This document shows positions 28,300 to 41,134 of a stretch of DNA of 64,000 nt, piece after piece. The stretch lies in assembly GCF_004010195.1 (NCBI RefSeq), contig NC_057711.1, positions 76,904,685 through 76,968,684 of the forward strand. The letters run 5' to 3'. The notes beneath the pieces are model-generated. The model searched no databases and was not told the DNA's origin. It saw only the letters and a list, made by a program, of their open reading frames with translations. How positions within the stretch are numbered: the first letter of the stretch is position 1; every line of letters starts with the position of its first letter. The position numbers and the translations under genes were made by a program. The stretch comes from Chiloscyllium plagiosum. Its lineage: Eukaryota.

Positions 28300-28437
28300 A
28301 AAAACCAAAATAACTGCAGATGCTGGAAATCAGAAACAAAAACAAATTGCTGGAAAAGCTTAGCAGGTCTGGCATTATCTACAGAGAGAAATCAGAGTCA
28401 ACGTTCAGGGACAAGTGACTCCCTCCTCAGAACTCTG
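28300..28437 (-). mobile_element. Short Penelope-derived terminus (family D) with a degenerate hammerhead
   Basis: actgcagatgctggaaatcagaaacaaaaac...gagaaatcagagtcaacgtt...cctcagaactctg. The family also occurs at about 11010-11170, 42790-43145 and 44290-44485. Confidence 0.6.
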
Positions 28438-28587
28438 CCGTATATATTGTGCAGGATGGACAAACCATATTACTTAATAAAGAAGGTGAACTGACAGAGG
28501 TAGTAACAAGAGTATCCACGCATGGGAGTAAAACCTGAGAAGCACAGCAAGAGTGCGAAACAGAAAAAAGAACTGCAATTTGGACTG

Positions 28588-29056
28588 ATGCTGGAAAAGC
28601 ACAGCCAATCAGGTAGCATCCGAGGAGCAGCAGAGTCAACGTTTTGAGCAGGAGGTCTTCATCAGGAATGAGGGTGTGGTCCAGGATAAATGGGGATGGG
28701 AGAGGTGGGTGGGGGAGGGGTGGGAAGGGGGGGGCTAAATGAGGAAACTGGTGAAATTGACATTGATCCAATGTGGTTGGAGGGTGCTGAGGCAGGAGAT
28801 GAGGCGCTCTTTCACCAGGCATCGGGTGCCTAGAGTTTGCCAGTGGAGGAGGCCAGGACTTGCACGTCCTTGGTGGAGTGGGAGAGGGCATTGATGTGTT
28901 TGGCCATAGGGCGGTGGGATTGTTTAGTGTGTTTTGTCCCAGGGATGCTCGAAATGTCGATTCTCCTACTCCTCGGATGCTGCCTGACCGGCTGTGCTTT
29001 TCCAACACCACACATTTGCTTCAGATCTCCAGTATCTGCAATCATTAATTTCTCCT
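28588..29056. mobile_element. Penelope-like family A fold-back fragment
   Basis: Minus-strand terminus plus GIY-YIG C-terminal remnant (AKHINALSHSTKDVQVL), followed by a plus-strand copy of the same terminus (28945-29056). Confidence 0.75.
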
Positions 29057-29394
29057 GATTAGGACAATTGTTTCTTTCAGTGTATATTTCGACCCATGTT
29101 GTGGAATTTAATGCCTGCCTGAGATGTGAGTATGGAGGTGGCTCTGGGTGGGGCCCACTGTTTCGCTGCTCTTTGTACTGATTAAATCCAGGGAGAAATG
29201 GCTCATAAGCGGCCTTCCTGCCCCAGCTCCTTTTAGTGAGCACTTGAGCTTCTTCCCATCACTAGGGTAATCAGTCAGCAGTGGACAGGTCAGTCACCGT
29301 GGGGAAAAACAAATAGTAAACTTGGTCAATTGCTTGTGGTCTTGTGGAAGTACAAGGCATACCTTACCCACAGAAACTCAGTGCTTTATCACGT

Positions 29395-30595
29395 ACCTTT
29401 TTGAAAAAGTAACAAAGATTGATAAGGACAGAGCGGTAGATGTGATTTATGTGGACTTCAGTAAGGTGTTTGACAAGGTTCCCCATTGGAGACTGGTTAG
29501 CAAGGTTAGGTCTTATGGAATAAAGGGAGAACTAGCCATTTGGAGACAGAACTGCCTCAAAGATAGAAGACAGAGAGTGGTGGTGGAGGGTTGCTTTTCA
29601 GACTGGAGGCCTGTGACCAGTAGAGTGCCACAACGACCGGTGCTGGGTCCACTACTTTTCATCATTTATATAAATGATTTGGATATGAACATAGGAGGTT
29701 CAGTTAGTAAGTTTGCAGATGACACCAAAATTGGAGGTGTAGTCGACAGTGAAGAAGGTTACCTCAGATTAAAACAGGATCTTGATCAGATGGGCCAATG
29801 AGCTAAGGAGTGGCAGATGGAGTTTAAATAAATGTGGGGTGCTGCATTTTGGGAAAGCAAATCAGAGCAGGACTTATACACTTAATGGTAACGTCCTAGA
29901 GAGTGCTGCTGAACAAAGAGACCTTGGAGTCCAGATTCATCGCTCCTTGAAAGCAGAGTCGCAGATAGATAGGATAGTGAAGAAGGCGTTTGGTATGCTT
30001 TCCTTTACTGGTCAGCACATTGAGTATAGGAGTTGGGAGATCATGTTGTGGCTGTACAGGACATTGGTTAGGCCACTTTTGGAATATTGTGTGCAATTCT
30101 GATCTCCTTCCTATCAGGATGCTGTTGTGAAACTTTAAAGGGTTCAGAAAAGATTGACAAGGATGTTACCAGGGTTGGAGGATTTGAGCTATAGGGAGAG
30201 GCTGAATAGGCTGAGGGGAGACCTCATAGAGGTTTATAAAATCATGAGGGGCATGGATAGGATAAATAGACAAAATCTTTTCCCTGGGGTGGGGGAGTCC
30301 AGAACTAGAGGTCATAGGTTTAGGGTGAGAGGGGTAAGGTATAAAAGGGACCTAAGGGGCAACTTTTTCACAGAGAGGGTGGGTGTGTGGATGGAATGAG
30401 CTGCCAGAGGAAATGGTGTAGTCTGGTACAATTGCAAAATTCAAAAGACATCTCGTTGGCTATGTGAATAGGAAGGGTTTAGAGGGATATGGGCCAAGTG
30501 CTGGCAAATGGGACTAGATTCGGTTGGGATATCTAGTTGACATATACGAGTTGGACTGAAGGGTCTGTTTCCATGCTGTACATCTCTGTGACTCA
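29395..30595 (+). mobile_element. CR1/HER1 LINE, 5'-truncated, relatively young
   Basis: VDVIYVDFSKVFDKVPH...KFADDTKIGG...LVRPLLEYCVQF; tail ccatgctgtacatctctgtgactc. Confidence 0.92.
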
Positions 30596-30818
30596 AAGTG
30601 AATTGTTATTGTAAAGGAGTGCTCCCAACTAAAGTCACAGGTTGCATGGCCCAAAAGCCTATTTTTTTTGACAAGTCAAAAAGTTCTGCATCACCTCCCC
30701 AATACACACCAACCCTCTCCTTCTAATTAGCTTTGTGCATCAGCCAAGTTCTGTGTGAGCAGACAAACAGAAATAAGTCATTAGCACAAAACAAGGCAAG
30801 GCAGTCATACATAGTCAC

Positions 30819-30901
30819 TTCAAAGTTTGGGAGAAGATTTGTAGCTCGGGTGCTCGTTGTTGTGGTTCTGTTCGCCGAGCTCGGCAAACAGAACCACAAC
30901 G
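30819..30901. mobile_element. Tiny Penelope family C terminal insertion with a hairpin and an 11-bp TSD
   Basis: Reverse complement of the 59945-60010 terminus, flanked by acatagtcact direct repeats. Confidence 0.8.
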
Positions 30902-31164
30902 ACATAGTCACTGCATGACAATTTATTCTGCTTGGTCGTTCCAAATGGGTGTGTTGAAAAAATATTTGTAATTTAAGTTTCCTCTTTACTCAACCATTTT
31001 GAAATCACAATTAAAAATATAAAATAATAAAAAAAGCCACAGTTAGTGACTTGCTAAAATAGGCAAGTGAATCCTTCTGTTTTAGTTGTGTCAGAATCAC
31101 AGAAAATAACATGCATATTCAACCAACACAACCACATTCAGAAGATTCAATACAATAATAAATA

Positions 31165-31424
31165 GAGAATCTGCTTATTTGTGATGCTGGTTAAGGGATA
31201 GGTAGGACACCAAGGATAACTCCCTTGTCATGGGATCTTTTACATCCACCTAAACAAGTGGATGCATTGTCAATTTAGCATCTCATTCGAAGGGCGATAC
31301 CTCTTACAGTGCCGTACTGAGAGTCAGTCTAGGTTAATATGTGCACAACTCCTGCTGTGGTACTTGAGCCTGAGACTGTGTGGTTCACAGGCAAGAGCAC
31401 TACAAACTGAGCCACAGCTGACAC
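31165..31424 (-). mobile_element. Deu-domain SINE with a tRNA-like head
   Basis: Reverse complement reads gtgtcagctgtggctcagtttgtagtgctcttgcc...ggtggatgtaaaagatcccatgac. Confidence 0.65.
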
Positions 31425-32814
31425 ATAATCCGTGGGCCAAAATTCCTGTTAGTACACTGTTCAAGGTTTAACCACAAACTTATAATACAGTTTTGGGAAT
31501 GGTAAAGATCATTATTCCCACACAATTTTACTTGTTACACTTTGTGGGTTACATCCTGCACCAGACAGTCAGCAATAAAGAGGGGAAGTATTAATCAATC
31601 ATGAACTGCTATTAGAACAGACACCCAGTACAGTTTAAGACGTGACTAAGCTGTATATCGACTGCCTGGAACCATTATTCCAACAGACCTGGAATAAAGA
31701 TTCCTGACTATTGACAAACCAGCCCTAGAAATCTAGGCAACTTGATCCCTGTGAAGGAGAGTTTTAGTCAGACCATATGAAATGATGTCTACTCAGATTC
31801 ACAAAACATCCTAAAATGGTTTTGAATCCATGACTTCACTGGCCTCAGTCTGGGCAAGTAAAAGAGGGTTTACAGCTGTATGAACATTTTTAATATTACA
31901 TTTATTTGACAAACAATTAACAAAATGGAAATTAATAAAGGTGATGAAGATTTTGTTTCAAATAAATATTCATTCATCTTAAAAGGGAACTTAAATAGTG
32001 ACCAAAGAACTGAAAAATAATGTAGAATGATGTGAGGCACAGACCAATCATATTCAGGATATAAATTATTTTCTCTCACTTGTGATTGTCATATTTGGTT
32101 ACCTTAGGACAATAACAAAAATGTTTCCAAATATTCTGAACACTGTATTAGAACAAAAACAGAATTCACTCTCAAGTTTGCATATCAATTCTTTTCACCA
32201 CTGAACAGTTTTTTTTCAGTGATGTGTGTAATTATTAATGTGGATCTCTCTTTCCAGACTTCCTGCTACTTTCTGCATGAGAGGCACTGATCCATTTTAT
32301 ACTGCAAGCTGTCACTGAATAAAAGGCTCCTTTGTATTCTCAGTAAACACAAAAATTTCTTTGATTTCAGATGATAAATTTCCAACATAGTTTACCAGCC
32401 AAATTTGGGGCCCCATCTATAATGACTGCAAAACATTTCTGAACATTGAAAAAAAAATACTTTTAATCCACCAGTACAATTAAATAAAATATAATAAACA
32501 TTAAATTATGTTTCCTACACGACAAAGATGGATACCCTCCATTAGGCTTCAGAAAAAAAAAGTCCAACACTAAACATTATCAGCAATCTCTCACATTTAC
32601 ATGCAGTTTCTCAGAAAAATACAGATTTCTGAGTGTTTGCAACAGGAAACATATGGACAGCAAGCAAGATTTTTGGGGGAGCACAAGGGCTTAAATTACT
32701 GAAATAGCATTCTCTGAAAAAGCAGCAGTTAAAATGGAGGGACAAGCAGCTATTTGAAATGCCATAGTGATGCTGACGTTTCACAGTGTGGAGTTTACAC
32801 ATCCCGCTTTCTGC

Positions 32815-33385
32815 CACCGTGTCTCTCTCTCTCTCTCTCATGCATACTCACTGTCTCTCCCTCCTTTTTTTCACTGCATGCCTCACTCCCCTCCTTCTTC
32901 ACTCTTTAAAATCTTGTTCTCTCACCATCTTCCCATCCTCACTCATTATTTCAAACAATTTTTCTCTCACTCATATCCTTCCCTCTGTCCCTCACAGCAT
33001 CTCACCTCTCACTGTCTCCTTCTCACAATCCAGCGCATACCATTCACAATAGCTTCCCTCAGTCTCTCATTTCCTCACACCATCAATCTCTCTTTATCTC
33101 TTTCCCTCCCTCGCTCCTCACACTGCTTCTCCCTTACCCACTTTGACACCATCCTCCGTCATTCATCAGTTCCATCACTTTCTTCCCTCCTTCTCTTACT
33201 ATCTCCTTCCTTTCATAATTTCGCCACCCACTCTCTCTCACTCCTCTTGCACTGCTTCTCTCTTCCTCAATTGCATTCTTGCATCATCTTTTCATCTTTC
33301 ACTCACTATCTCTCACAATGTCTTTCTTTCCCAATTCACAAATTCACCCAATCGTTCATTCATCCACTCTTGCTCAATTTTCCAT
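32815..33385. repeat. CT-rich low-complexity tract
   Basis: Strong pyrimidine bias with decayed (CT)n/(CTCA)n units. Confidence 0.85.
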
Positions 33386-34259
33386 AAAGGTTGCTGAGGA
33401 TACAAAACTTAGAATCAGTGTAATTGGCAAAGAGAGTACTCTGGGGAACATCAAAAGATTACAGGGAAGTTGGGGCAGCTGGATAGGGAGATGAACATCA
33501 ATGTGGAGACTGTGAGGTGATACATTTTGGTAGAAAAAACATGAAATGTTAACGGAAGAGGGAATATTTTTTCAAGGTGTACAAAAGCAGACACTTGGGT
33601 ATATAAGTCATTAAAGGGGGAGAATAGATTGAGAGAGAGCATGCAGTATCAGAGGCGCTAGTAAATGGCTAGAGAACACAACAGTAACGAGGTTATGTCG
33701 AACTTGCATAAGACATTGGTTAGTTATCACCCCAAATGGAGAGCTGGTACAGGTACAATAGACACAATGGCCTCCATCTGCACCCTAACTGTGACTCAGA
33801 CTGTGAGATCCGCTATGGCTTTCTGAAGCCTACAGCATCATTTCATTTTAAAGCTTTTAATGCCAAAGGAAATTGAATAAATGCTTCGAACCAGTTCAAC
33901 TGGTTCAGACCTCAATTGTTCAAGAAATGAGTGAGTACAATAGGGCAATTAAAATATAGAACTAATACGATGGAGTTAAAAACCTTACAGTCTACCTGAA
34001 TAGCATCACATTACTCTTTTGAGGACAAAAGTATGAAACAGGAAACAGCTGCAAAAATAAAGCTAAATCTACTTCAGTGTGACTCCCAATTTTGCATCAT
34101 TGCTACTTTGCATTTGTGACCTTTGTGATGAAACAGTAGAAAGCACATCCTTAGCAGATGAAGTAATAAAAGCAGTAATAAAAATTGGAAGAAGTTGAAG
34201 ATGTATTTTCAAAAATATCAAAATGCATATTAGAAATCTGTTCAATAACACATTTTTAC

Positions 34260-34481
34260 CTTCCCACTCCAGTTCGTTACCGTGCCCTGAGTATTCAAGA
34301 GAATCCGCCTCATCGGGGGTTTCAAGGTCATCGACATTGATGTCAAGATCATCTGGGGTATCAAGATTATCATCAGACAGGACTGACCCTTCGCTCTGGT
34401 CAAGTGAAAGGCTGATATCAGGAGCTGTAAGCTTTTTCTTCCCTTGGTGGATTCCATTGAGGTCAAGGGAATTAGGTGGTG
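34260..34481 (-). CDS. PRUNE2: PRUNE2 internal coding exon (222 nt, phase 1 to 1): [73 protein letters not shown]
   Basis: Acceptor ttttaattag and donor gtaaaa. Open frame of 73 codons carrying the BNIP2-family acidic motifs [15 protein letters not shown] and ELEWE. Not shown in this frame by the ORF track because it has no ATG. Confidence 0.93.
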
Positions 34482-36227
34482 CTAATTAAAATCAATGGAA
34501 ATAGAGAAAAGATTAAATCACATCAAAATAAAATAATAATTTGCTGCACTTTTGAAATTTCAATCAAATTCAGTTTTGGTGAGAACACCAAAAGAGCACA
34601 GTCAATCTTCATGCTACTTCTCATCGCAAAAATTGGCAGTAAATTATTTACACACCTGTTAAAATAACCTGAAGCAGCATATTTGTTCAGATAGCTATCT
34701 ACCTAAGCACATGCACATGATGACAGTATCAACACTTATGGTTTAAATGTTAGCATTAGAATGGGTTTAAAAATAGCAATTTTAAACTAAAGATCCATAA
34801 ATAACACATTCAAAAGGCACCATCTAACAAACGTCTGTGACAAAGTGGATTGTATCGATCTGAAACATATATCTTAGATGTCATACAGTTCGATTTCAGC
34901 TTACTAACATAGCCCTGATTCAGCTAAACCAATAATAGTAGGCTGTTGGGAAGGAGAAACTGGCAGTACAAACTTTACTGCCCAGTCCTATCAATGCAAA
35001 GAAATATTCAAGGACAGACCACAGTTGGCCTTTAATGCATGTTATGATGACAATGTTATTTGGAGGGAAATTTAGTTTGAGTATAAACAATATTCTCTAT
35101 TCTTTAGGATCTATCATCTGCAAACTAGCTAATAGAATTCTTTCTGCCTCAGATTTGAAGGATTCTTGAAGAAAAATTAGAAGACAAATTTCAAAAGGCT
35201 TATGTAGTGACAGTACGTATTAGACAAAGTGTGGGTGGGTAGGTCAAGGGAGGCATAAAAACACTGACTTCCAGGCAAAAATTACAAATTTTCACATAAA
35301 GCTCTTTAAATCTTACTCCAGGTGCTGCTGGGCATGGAACAGCCCACCTTCCCTCCCTAAGAGATGTTAGAAATCTACCAGTAAAACAAGCCCCATCTTC
35401 CAGCCCAATTCAGTCAGAAATCAAGAGAAGCCTCCATTGTGATTTCAGATCACAACAAATTCCCTCCTGTAAGGAGATCTAACCCCAACAGCCCTACTCA
35501 AGGATTTTCAAACTCCAGGACTATTAACCCAGTAATGAAAGTTTCAGATCATTCTCTACTGCAACAGACCACAGAGCTATTCTCCTTAGTTTGTGCTGCA
35601 AAATGGCAGGTATCTAACTCCAGCTTGTACATCTTGACTTCTACATATTCTCAGATTTAAAACTGGTAATATAAAAATAAACATTAAGCATATTGGTAAA
35701 AGTTATGGACAAGAGAAAAACTTCACATTTTCCCCATACGACTTTCTGTTGTTGCACTTTAAGACATGAGCATATAGTCACTGAAGTTGCCATTTCTAAA
35801 CACACCTCAATTTCAAGTTAGTTCTGCTGTTGCACATTGAAATCTCCCACAGCACAGTAATTGGTTGAGAAGTGTAAACTTCTGACAGACGGACTTACGT
35901 TGCATGAGTCTCTCCAAAGGTTCACAACACTGAAGTTGGAGACTTTGATGTGAGATGTTTACCTGGATATTTAATCTAGCTTGTCCCACTATTAATTTCT
36001 GGAGTAGTTCAGTGATTAACAGCTGAATGCAACCTATCACCTCTCCAGTTTGAATACCCCCACCTCCTCAACTAACCCCTCAATCCCAGCTACACTCCAT
36101 GACTATCCAATCTCTGGACTACTCACCCTCTCATTCCCTCACTAACTCATTAAAACCCATTTTAAAAATCTACTTAAACACTGAAAGTGGTTCCATAAAG
36201 AGGGAGTATGGTTTTTTGATTGTTTCT

Positions 36228-36782
36228 AGAACATAAAATAGTACAGCACAGGAACAAACTCTTCAGCCCACCATGTTTGTGCTGACAATGATATCATTCT
36301 AAAATTATCCCAACTGCCTGTATATGGTCCGTATCTCTCTATTCCCTGCCTGTTCATGTACCTGTCTAAATGCCTTCTAAAATATTGCTATTGTATCTGC
36401 TTCTACCACCTCTCCTGACAGACACCTACCAGTCTTGGCATAAAAACATTCCTTGCACATCTCCATTAAACTACCATCCCCATCTCCCTCACTTTAAACC
36501 TATTTGATCTGGTTTTAGACATTTCCACCCTGGAAAAAAGATTCCAACCATGCACCCTAACCATGCTTCTCATGATTTTATATATTCCTATCAGGTCACT
36601 CCTGAGCCTATGAGGTTCTAGTGAAACCAATCCAAGTTTGTCTAATCTCTCATTATAGCTAATACAAAATAGCCAATCCAGGTAACATCCTAGTAAACCT
36701 TTTTGGCGCATTCTTGAAAGCGTCCACCATCCTCCCTGTAGTGTGGTGACCAGAATCACATACAATACTCCAAATGTGGCCC
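36228..36782 (-). mobile_element. CR1 3' fragment
   Basis: ERLDKLGLVSLE...RLRSDLIGIYKIMR; tail near 36230. Confidence 0.8.
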
Positions 36783-37447
36783 CTTTCTCTTCACTAGTGG
36801 TGGCACTTTTATGCTGCGGCTGGGTTCAGGAGACTGAGCTGCAATGTTGGAAAAAGGTAGGCCATCATTAACTTCATGTTAGGATTGCGCTTAACGGAAG
36901 ATCTGGCCCAGTGTTCTTTGCGCAGAGTTGCAGCATTGTTGAGCTAAAACTCAGTGTGTAATTTATACACTTGCAGAATATTTAATGCACTGCTAATATT
37001 CAACAATCTAATACTGAAGATTATTTTTGGTTCAGCTTCCCAACAGCTCCTACTTACTAAAACCTGAAAGAGAACAACTTTTATTCATATAGCACCTTTA
37101 AAATAATAAAATGTCCCATGCACTTTACAAGCACATTATGAAACTAAATATGACACCAAACTGCTTAAGATGGTATTAAAAAAGATGAAGAATGCAAAGT
37201 CATGGAGATAATATTTAAAGGAGTGTCTTCAGAGGAGGGTATCTAGTTAAATGGGCAGAAAAGCAGGGAATATCATCTACACCACATAGACCAGGTACTC
37301 AGCCGCCAAGAAACCAGAGACGAATCAATAAAAATGGAAGATACTCAGAAGGTCAAAATGAGAGAAGCACAGATATCAGCAAGAATAAAGGACTAGAGGA
37401 GGTAATGGAGATGGGATAGAGTCAGGATATGGAAGGATCTGAAACTA

Positions 37448-38747
37448 AGTTAAAAATCACACAACACCAGGTTATAGTCCAACAGGTTTAATTGGAAGAA
37501 CACTAGCTTTCGGAGCGACACTCCTTCATCAAGTGATAGTGGAGGGCTCAATCCTAACAGAATTTATAGCAAAAATTTACAGTGTGATGTAACTGAAATT
37601 ATACATTGAAAAATTGATTGTCTGTTAAGCCTTTCCTCTGTTAGAATACAGTGATAGTTTCACTTCTTTGTGTAAACTCAGGACAACTCCATACAACCCT
37701 GTCACGGTAGATGCTGCAAGACGTGTCAGAGTGTGGATATAGATACCACCATTACGCGTGGGAACACCTCCCACCGTGTACATGGCAGTTATTCGTGTGA
37801 CTCAGCCAACGTTGTCTATCTTATACATTGCAGGCAAGGATGCCCAGAGGCATGGTACATTGGGGAAACCGAACAAAGGCTACGACAACAGATGAATGGG
37901 CACCGCACAACAATCAACAGACAGGANNNNNNNNNNNNNNNNNNNNNNNNNNNNNNNNNNNNNNNNNNACTCTGCACTCACTAGACACACACACGCATAC
38001 ACTTTCTCACATTCACAACCCTCAACCCAGACAGACACACACACACAGACAGACAAAGACCCACATTCACACATATATTTTGTGGGGTGAATTTGTACTT
38101 GCAGGGTAACATTGTACTCTGCTCAAAACTGCATCATTCATGTAGAACTCTGAGCTCAAAAACTGCATGAATTTATGTAAAACTCACAGACAAAGACCCA
38201 CATTCACACATATATTTTGTGGGGTGAATTTGTACTTGCAGGGTAACATTGTACTCTGCTCAAAAATTGCATCATTCATGTAGAACTCTGAGCTCAAAAA
38301 CTGCATGAATTTATGTAAAAATCCATTATCTCACTTTTTAGATTAGAATCAATCTAAATATCATGGCATAGACAGAGAATACAGGGGGCCAACACCTTCA
38401 ATATATTGTCTAGCTATGACCATTGTTAACAGCTAACCCGAGAATGCAACATTTTAAAAATAAAGGTTTTGTGATTTACACATTAAAGAAGTGAAATTAT
38501 CACTGTATTCTAACAGATGAAAGGCTTAACAGACAATCAATTTTTCAATGTATAATTTCAATTAGATCACATTGTAAATTTTTGCTATATATTCTGTGTT
38601 AGGATTGAACCCTCCACTATCACCTGATGAAGGAGCGTCGCTCCGAAAGCTAGTGTGCTTCCAATTAAACCTGTTGGACTATAACCTGGTATTGTGTGAT
38701 TTTTTAACTTTGTACACCCCACTCCAACACCGGCATCTCCAAATCAT
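37448..38747. mobile_element. Penelope-like element (family B) with a GIY-YIG fragment, about 225-bp inverted terminal repeats and a 12-bp TSD, nested in an L2 fragment
   Basis: CKTCQ...NVVYLIHCRQGCPEAWYIGETEQRLRQQMNGHR. 37447-37670 is the reverse complement of about 38485-38711. TSD gatctgaaacta at 37436-37447 and 38748-38759. Confidence 0.9.
38621..38655 (+). ncRNA. Minimal type-I hammerhead ribozyme motif
   Basis: CAC-CUGAUGA-A-GGAGC(GUC)GCUCC-GAAA-GC-UA-GUG. Confidence 0.65.
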
Positions 38748-38759
38748 GATCTGAAACTA

Positions 38760-39065
38760 GACTGACATTTTAAAATCAATGTGTTGGTGTACCAGAAGCC
38801 AATGAGTGTAGGGGTGGTGGGTGAGCAGGATATGATGGCCGGACACGAGCAGCAAAGCTTTAGATGACCTCAGGTTTATGAAACGTGGGATGTTGACCAG
38901 GACAGCAATGGAGCAATCATTACGGGAGATATCCAAGGCATGGATGAGGATTTGAGCAGTTGGTGAATGAAGGATGAGGCAGGGTTGGGTGATGTTATGG
39001 AAATTGACAGTTTTAGTGATGGTATGGATACATTTCTGAAAGCTCATCTTGGACTTTGAGATGAC
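38760..39065 (-). mobile_element. L2 LINE fragment (continues at about 37075-37435 on the other side of the PLE)
   Basis: TAQILIHALDISRNDCSIAVL...HWLLVHQHIDFK resembles the L2 RT C-terminus. Confidence 0.7.
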
Positions 39066-39334
39066 ACTAGAATGCATTTGCCTTAACATACAGTATGACT
39101 TAGAAAATAAACAGAGGCTTTACAGAGCAGGATATATTGCTGGGAGAGAGAAGGGCTCTCAACAGGAAACCGCATCCATCTGTGTTGTTCAGGCAACTAT
39201 TCTCCACTTGAACCTGCGTGTAGAAACAATGGCAGAGCTGTTTGCACTTTAGTCAGGATATGCTCACTGCCACCCACTGCAATTTACAGAGCAGGGCAAG
39301 AATCTGGGCTGTACATGTGATTGGGGTGATGACA

Positions 39335-39700
39335 TTTTGTGTGCCTGTTCCCACCACTTCCTCTGGCAGTTCATTCCATTGTTTAAAGAAATTGCCCCTC
39401 ATGTCCTTTTTAAATCTTTCTCCTCTCACCTAAAAAATGCCCCTGGTTTTTAACACCCCCACCCTAGAGAAAAGACCCTTGTGATTCATTTTATCTATGC
39501 CTTTCATGATTTTATAAGCTAAATAAGGTCACCTCTCAGCCTCCTATGCTCCATTGAAAGAGGTCCAGCCTTCATAGTCTATTTTTATATCTCAAACCCT
39601 CCAATTCTGGCAACACCTCAGTAAAACCTTTTCTGAAGCCTCTCCAGTTTAATAATATCCTTCCTACAAAAGGGCTACCAGAACTGCACACAGTACCACA
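39335..39700 (-). mobile_element. CR1 3' fragment
   Basis: Similar to 5820-6200 (ccaccacttcctctggcagttcattcc...ggtcacctctcagcctcctatgctcc). Confidence 0.75.
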
Positions 39701-41134
39701 GAAGTCTGGAGATGGCTACTGACAGTCTGGCTTTTCATCAGCAATAAACATGGCAACTGCTGTGCTTCCAATAACACTGCAGAAAGATTTTTCATCCAGT
39801 GTGCTCAATCTCAGGTTTCAGAATATCATTTCGTCCCTCTCCAGACTGTTTAATAGCAAGTTAATTGTAGGTGTACAGGTTATCAGTCACCTTGTTCACC
39901 CCACCCTCCCAGCACATCACTGAGGCATTGAAAAACTGATGCACTATGACAGCATATTATTCTTATGCATCCAACATCCCTGCATGGGAGATTGAAAATT
40001 AAGCCTCAAGCTGAGGACTTGTTCCAATTTACTTTTCTGAAAGATCCAGTTAAGGTCTGGAAGACAGAGTAAGTCTCCAAAGTGAAGCAGATAGGAAAGG
40101 AAGCTGGGGACGACGGGTTCAGGTTGAGGTTCCCTCTGAACTGCCTTTGCGAGAAGGGACTGAAGGAAGTCGTGTTTAAAATAAGAGGACAGCATGGCAC
40201 AGTGGACTGGAGGTTAAAACAGTTGAACAAACAATTGAAGGGAATACGAATGAAGAATGGTGAGAGTAAAGGGGTGGTCAGGTAGATATAAGCAGTCGAA
40301 GATAAAGCATTACACAATTGGAGTGAACGGACAGGTGACAGCAGGAGGGAAAATCCAGCAGCTTCTGAAAACCATGCTTTCTCTGCAATCGTTAACCCAA
40401 GTACTTATTGGAGCTACTGATAATCCATCCCCCTATCAAATCTACCAATTTCCCCTAACATAATGAGAAGAAATAGAAAAGCCACAAACAAATTAAACAA
40501 AAGCTCCAAACACTCTCAAAAAGCTTGACACCATCCAGGAAAAAACAGCTCACTTGATTGGCATCACAACCACAAACATTCAGTCATTAAACCACCGATG
40601 CTCAGCAGCAGCAGCATATACAAGATGCACAGCTGGCATTTGGCGAACATCCTTAATCAGTAGCTTCCAAACCCATAACAAATTTCATGTAGAAGTACAA
40701 GGGCAGCAGAGACAGGGGAACATTATCTGCAAATACCCCTGCAGCAGTTCAAGATGGTAGTCCATCGCCACCTTCTCAAGGACAATCTGGGATGTGCAAT
40801 TAGAGCTGGCCAACCAGCAATGCCCATGAGATGCAAGAGATCAAATTTTCAAAATAATTTTGGTTCAGGGTGCACCAATGCCTCAAACTGAAAATTTTCA
40901 ATTTTATATTTAAGTTCCTTGAAGATTTTGTTCCATCGCAGTTTAGAAACACTTTCCACACCTACAAGCCCTATCATTCTGGCTTGTTCAGCATGTCTGA
41001 TTTCCTTCAGTATGCCACTGGCAGCTGTATCCTTTGCCATTGAGGATCAGGACCTAAATGTGACTCCCAAAATCTGTTCACATTGGTCTGTACTTTAAGA
41101 TGCTCCATAAAACCTACCTTTCTAATTCAACCTT

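Noticed and set aside
32767..33387. 206-aa ORF
   Set aside because: Produced by a CT-rich low-complexity tract; no recognisable protein.
22168..34481. Calling the gene ATCAY or BNIP2 because of the NELEWED motif
   Set aside because: [23 protein letters not shown] and IPEYTAEEER-DNRLWRTVVIG match PRUNE2 better. A phylogeny and synteny check would be decisive.
39944..40317. Overlapping short ORFs in a slightly GC-richer patch
   Set aside because: No recognisable homology and no convincing splice sites compatible with the neighbouring exons, which already join in frame.
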